NCBI GenBank assembly: GCA_026014495.1 | Contig: JAOZIF010000098.1 | Location: 1 to 29,523, forward strand | Length of the DNA stretch: 29,523 nucleotides | Direction of reading: 5' to 3' | Source of the DNA: Candidatus Bathyarchaeum sp. | Lineage (GTDB): Archaea > Thermoproteota > Bathyarchaeia > Bathyarchaeales > Bathyarchaeaceae | In this document: piece after piece, positions 25,731 to 29,523 of the stretch | Position numbering within the stretch: the first letter of the stretch is position 1 | How the letters are laid out: each line of letters starts with the position of its first letter | Notes under the pieces: model-generated | What the model saw: the letters and a program-made list of their open reading frames with translations, nothing else | Databases searched by the model: none | What the model was told of the DNA's origin: nothing | Made by a program: the position numbers and the translations under genes

Positions 25731-26246
25731 TTGACACAATTGAACACTGTTAATTCACCAGAGGTTGCGAAAACCACAGCGTGGATGTACTGGGGCATAG
25801 TTGTCTTCTTAGCTGCTATGGGCGTGTTTTTTGTGTTTGCAAGCTTCCTTACTCCTATGGGAACTGTGGGAATTGCTGCCTCATTTTTGGTGGCTGGTAT
25901 TGATGTGATAATGGTTCTGTTGTTACGGTCACTGTATAGGACACGTTACATATTGATTGATGAGCAGCTTGTGATAAAAACCAGTAAACTGATTGGAGGC
26001 AACAAAACAATCCCATTCCATGCTATACGTTCTGTTGAAACAACTCCTATACCGTGCGGCATCCGACTGTTTGGCGCCAGCTTCCATGGCGGATACTATC
26101 ACGTTTCAAGTCTTGGCAGAACATTTCAGGCCATAACCAACTTTCACGATGGAGTCCTGATAAAAAGTAAAAACGGAAATTACATCATAACCCCAAAAAA
26201 CAGAATGGACTTTAAAGAAAAAATAGAAACAAAACTTAAGGCTTAG
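25731..26246 (+). CDS. Membrane protein with bacterial PH-like domain (2 TM + bPH)
   Basis: Two TM helices, then YILIDEQLVIK...IP...I.SV, IRLFGAS..GGYY, GVLIK....YIITP. Start placed at TTG 25731 after GAGG (approximate). Confidence 0.7.
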   Translation: MTQLNTVNSPEVAKTTAWMYWGIVVFLAAMGVFFVFASFLTPMGTVGIAASFLVAGIDVIMVLLLRSLYRTRYILIDEQLVIKTSKLIGGNKTIPFHAIRSVETTPIPCGIRLFGASFHGGYYHVSSLGRTFQAITNFHDGVLIKSKNGNYIITPKNRMDFKEKIETKLKA

Positions 26247-28039
26247 TTGCCCTCTTGTTTGTTGTCTTGGTTGTCTAGCCAGCTGAATTTTTTGTGCAAC
26301 GATTTTGCGTAATACTGTTTCCAGTCATACTGCACCTGTTTGCCCCACTCATAATAGATTCTGGGGTCAATGTAGCTCTTCAGAGATGTCGAAACATTGT
26401 AGTCTTTGGTTTCTTTCTGAACCGTTATCTTCAGTTTCATTTTTTCTAACGCTGCGCTATCCCGCTGTTTGCGCTTCTCTAGGCTTTGTTTGAGTTTTTC
26501 TATCCGCTCCAACTGTTTAGCTTTCATGTCTTTGATGCGTTGCCTCTGATTTGTTACAGTTTCTCGTTGACGCTTAACACGTTTGTTTAAGGCGGTAACA
26601 TCTTTACCTGCGTTTTTTTCTGTCTCCAACTGAAGTTTATACTGTTCTAGCTTTGCCTCAGCAGCCATCAGCCGCTCCGTCTGTTTAACCATGCGCTCCT
26701 CATGCTTCTTGGTCGCATATTTTATCTTCTGTTTGATTTTGGCTTGAGCAACATTCGCGCGGCTTTTCAAAACATCAAGCCTGTCCTGTTTCTTTTGTAA
26801 TGACGAATTCCAAGTTTTAGAAATTGTACGTTTATGGTTACAAACTTTGGCGGCTTCAAGATTCGCCATTGTAGCAACATATCTTTTAACATATTCTGGC
26901 TCCTCAGGCTCAACTGGCGTCTTGTCCAGCTTAGTTTTCACTGCATCAGACGCGTAAAGGGTACGAAAAACCTTCGCTGAAAGTCCAGTCATTACTTCGT
27001 CAAGAAATTCGCTAACTTGACTAGAACCCACCCCGTCAAAGAGGGCAGAATCTGTGTTTACAGAAAACTCCTCAAGATTCTTGATTACCAACTCAGGAAG
27101 TTTTGTAGTGAAAATATGAGGCACGCTGTCTTTTCCCAAGAAATTGAACGAAACTGTGCCATCGCCATTAATTTGAATGTGCTCCTTTCGAAGCGTTGAA
27201 GCGCCAACAGTGTCTGCTTCATCTGGGTCTTTCTCGTCGCCAACCCTGATTTTCAGTTTGTCTATAAGAAAACAAACTGTCGCAGTTTTTCTGCGCTTCA
27301 GGTCCTCAGATTCAAGATTCTTCAAAATGTGCCTTTTTACTTGGGGCAGCTTTTGGCTAAACTCGACAGCCTTGTCAAATTTTTCAATCTCTTTTTGCTG
27401 CTTAAAACTACATGAATCAGAAAACCAAACATACTTCATTTTGCCGCTGAGCTTATCCTGCCAACGAGCAATCCAGATAGCTTCAGGCTCCCAAACAATC
27501 TCGTTCCAGTTGCCTTCTGGTCTGGGAGCATCAGGCGAAAGATTCAAAATAATGTCTTCTTTTTGTGGTCCTTGTTTCCAGCTTCCCCTCATCGGATGCT
27601 GTCCTCTGCCCATAAAGATGGAGCTTGGCTCTGCAACATAGTTGCCTAACTCCATTTTTTCGCCATCAACATACGCGTAACCATACTTTTCCTTGTTTGC
27701 TTCTCTAACTTCTTTTCTTTGTGCCGCCAGCCGCTTCTTTTCTTCTCTGGGCAAATTCTTTTTGTATTCACGTTCCTCTTCAACAAGAGCAACTATTTTT
27801 GAGTAATCAACATCTCCGGGTTTAACTTTAGTTCCCAGCTTTTCTGAGAAATCATTGTGAAAATTTTTGGCAAACACCTTATCCTCAACGTAGGGTGTTC
27901 CTACTTTCTTTGCCCACGCTACTGCCATTTCTTCTTGTTCAATTGTTAGCTTGGTCTCTTTGCCCTTTATTGTGACTGTGAGCCCTTTTCCTTCATATCG
28001 GACTGGAACTAGCACGCCATTGTGATGAAGACTTTCCAT
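26243..28039 (-). CDS. top1: DNA topoisomerase IB, eukaryote-like large type
   Basis: FMGRGQHPMRG, WLxxW-like WIARW, catalytic pentad equivalents IRVG (R), FLGKDS (K), AKVFRT (R), CNHKRT (H), SYIDPR (Y), and a long coiled-coil linker. Confidence 0.95.
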   Translation of the reverse strand: MESLHHNGVLVPVRYEGKGLTVTIKGKETKLTIEQEEMAVAWAKKVGTPYVEDKVFAKNFHNDFSEKLGTKVKPGDVDYSKIVALVEEEREYKKNLPREEKKRLAAQRKEVREANKEKYGYAYVDGEKMELGNYVAEPSSIFMGRGQHPMRGSWKQGPQKEDIILNLSPDAPRPEGNWNEIVWEPEAIWIARWQDKLSGKMKYVWFSDSCSFKQQKEIEKFDKAVEFSQKLPQVKRHILKNLESEDLKRRKTATVCFLIDKLKIRVGDEKDPDEADTVGASTLRKEHIQINGDGTVSFNFLGKDSVPHIFTTKLPELVIKNLEEFSVNTDSALFDGVGSSQVSEFLDEVMTGLSAKVFRTLYASDAVKTKLDKTPVEPEEPEYVKRYVATMANLEAAKVCNHKRTISKTWNSSLQKKQDRLDVLKSRANVAQAKIKQKIKYATKKHEERMVKQTERLMAAEAKLEQYKLQLETEKNAGKDVTALNKRVKRQRETVTNQRQRIKDMKAKQLERIEKLKQSLEKRKQRDSAALEKMKLKITVQKETKDYNVSTSLKSYIDPRIYYEWGKQVQYDWKQYYAKSLHKKFSWLDNQDNKQEGN

Positions 28040-28184
28040 TTGCTTCTCCGCCTATAGAGTTGATTCTTATTAGGTAAAAAAATAAGAAACTTTAAGTTTT
28101 CTCTTTTAGACCTTTGAGTTTACCTGCATAGAACAAGATTTAATGGTCTAGCTTAAGGTTATTGTAAGCCTGCGGTGAAATTGT

Positions 28185-28658
28185 ATGGACGCGGATGCTC
28201 TCCAAAAGATACGGTGTGTAGCTGATTACCAGTTTGGAAAAGATGTGGGCACTAAACTGTTTCCAGACGAAGTCAGGATCGTCTACTCAAGAAACACAGG
28301 AAAAATACGTCACATACATCTAGGCGACGAGCTGCTGGCTACTCTTAGACCCACAACTGGGCTGTTCATTTTAACACTTGCAGGAGCAAAACATATGATG
28401 CACAAAGTTAATCCTGCACAGTTATGGGTTAAAATTGAAGATTACGCAGAACCGTTTGTGGCAAAGGGACGAAGCGCGTTTGCAAAACATGTAACCGAAG
28501 CTGACGCACAAATAAGACCACAAGATGAAGTTATAGTAATTAACAGCAAAAACGAGGTTTTAGCTGTCGGACGCGCGCTACTCTCTGGAACAGAAATGAA
28601 AGCCTTCAACAGGGGAATGGCTGTTCGTGTTCGTCGAGGTGTGGCGGAAAAAAGTTAA
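28185..28658 (+). CDS. Stand-alone TGT_C2 + PUA domain protein (like the C-terminal part of archaeosine tRNA-guanine transglycosylase)
   Basis: IRCVADYQFG, SRNTGKIR, LATLR..G.F.LT..GA, GRSAFAKHV..AD..IRP.DEV.V, LAVGRA.L, G.AV.VR.G. Confidence 0.85.
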   Translation: MDADALQKIRCVADYQFGKDVGTKLFPDEVRIVYSRNTGKIRHIHLGDELLATLRPTTGLFILTLAGAKHMMHKVNPAQLWVKIEDYAEPFVAKGRSAFAKHVTEADAQIRPQDEVIVINSKNEVLAVGRALLSGTEMKAFNRGMAVRVRRGVAEKS

Positions 28659-28698
28659 GAAGACGACTGAAGAAGTATAGACTAGGAAGGAAACGTAG

Positions 28699-29055
28699 AT
28701 GCGAAGAAAAATGAATCCACGAAACGCAAAACGCATGATGCAAAAGATGGGCATGAACATGGGCGAGATGCCCGATGTAGAGGAAGTCATTTTCAAAACA
28801 AGCGACAAAGAAATCGTGGTTGAAAACGCTCAAGTCGCAGTCATAGATATGGGCGGACAAAAAATCTTTCAAGTCACCGGACAAGTAACCGAACGTGCAC
28901 TGCAAGGCGAAGCCGCAACAGTTGCAATTCCCGAAGAGGACGCACAGCTTGTTGCAGACCAGACAGGAAAAAGCATAGAAGCTGCCAAACGAGCACTAGA
29001 ATCAAGCGACGGCGACCTAGCCAAAGCAATACTTCTTCTTCAAACAGGCGGCTAA
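28699..29055 (+). CDS. nac: Nascent polypeptide-associated complex protein (archaeal NAC)
   Basis: MNPR..KRMMQKMG, V.EVI, Q.FQV.G, UBA-like I.EEDAQLVA.QTG.S.E.A..AL....GDLA.AIL. AGGA SD. Confidence 0.95.
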   Translation: MRRKMNPRNAKRMMQKMGMNMGEMPDVEEVIFKTSDKEIVVENAQVAVIDMGGQKIFQVTGQVTERALQGEAATVAIPEEDAQLVADQTGKSIEAAKRALESSDGDLAKAILLLQTGG

Positions 29056-29413
29056 ACTGCCGCTCTGGCTAATTTAGTTTTTGTGTCGTTAACAAAAAGC
29101 CAATTTAGCCTGCATCTGAAAAGTTTTTACAATGGCTTAGCAATACAGTGGCTATAATTCTAAAATAATGCTAGATATTGTTCAAAGAAAACTCGGGCAA
29201 AACACAATAAAAGTAATAGAACTCGCACTAAACAACAGCATTGGACTCAGAGCAGCATCAATAAACCCTGCAAAAGAAAGAACAATCAAAATAAACAAAA
29301 AGTATTAATCATTATTTCGTGTAAATATTTGGAAGAGTAAAAGAAATGAAGTATACCCCTGCTTTACTTCTTTTACTTGTTACTAAAGTACATAATTTAT
29401 TATGGTTTTACCT

Positions 29414-29523
29414 ATGGCTCTTAATGAGGAGAATGTTTCAAAAATTTTACTTATTTTATCCCACAAGCTACGACGAGACATTCTAATCATTCTTGACAAA
29501 AACAAAGAACAATCTTTCTCAGA
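29414..29523 (+). CDS. Partial ArsR-type winged-HTH protein (runs off the window end)
   Basis: Read by hand: MALNEENVSKILLILSHKLRRDILIILDKNKEQSFS; the LSH.LRR.IL pattern matches ArsR helices 1-2. Confidence 0.65.
   Translation, partial: MALNEENVSKILLILSHKLRRDILIILDKNKEQSFS

Noticed and set aside
842-28905. Many 60-150 aa ORFs nested antisense or out of frame within known genes (e.g. 3962-4264, 11849-12175, 13775-14215, 17426-17782, 24520-24969, 27177-27641, 28578-28905)
   Set aside because: They overlap well-supported CDSs, show no motifs and have shadow-ORF composition.
29168-29308. 46-aa plus-strand ORF MLDIVQRKLGQNTIKVIELALNNSIGLRAASINPAKERTIKINKKY
   Set aside because: No SD or motif was recognised. 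It cannot be told from a chance ORF without a homology search.
1-29523. CRISPR array, rRNA, integrase or transposase, att repeat of the tRNA-Glu
   Set aside because: No regularly spaced repeats, no GC-rich structural RNA other than the tRNA and no recombinase motifs. The tRNA 3' end, where att sites usually lie, is outside the window.

Overview
Low-GC archaeal chromosome segment. A eukaryote-like type IB topoisomerase, a Nop5-fibrillarin pair, Tsr3, a Nop2-Nip7 pair, archaeal NAC, UPF0147/UPF0148 genes and a membrane-anchored PQQ beta-propeller surface protein point to the TACK group, most likely Bathyarchaeia (inference). Most of the window is housekeeping: a partial tRNA-Glu, tmk, three HD phosphohydrolases, pyrD/pyrK, RNA-modification and ribosome-biogenesis genes, nnr, top1 and nac. 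No CRISPR array, rRNA, integrase or transposase was seen. The least explained part is an accessory stretch at about 13.4-17.1 kb. It holds two genes missing from the ORF track: a 21-aa D/E/W peptide with a perfect SD and a 59-aa Zn-ribbon protein. It also holds a basic HExxH protein, a tandem Cas2/PaaX/ChrB_N-like protein, a GIY-YIG nuclease, a minimal wHTH regulator with flanking palindromes and a CxxC protein. Other points of note are an antisense radical SAM gene separating pyrD from pyrK, a possible non-AUG start for tsr3, and a PD-(D/E)XK-like gene paired with an HD gene. All family calls come from motifs recognised by eye, with no database searches.
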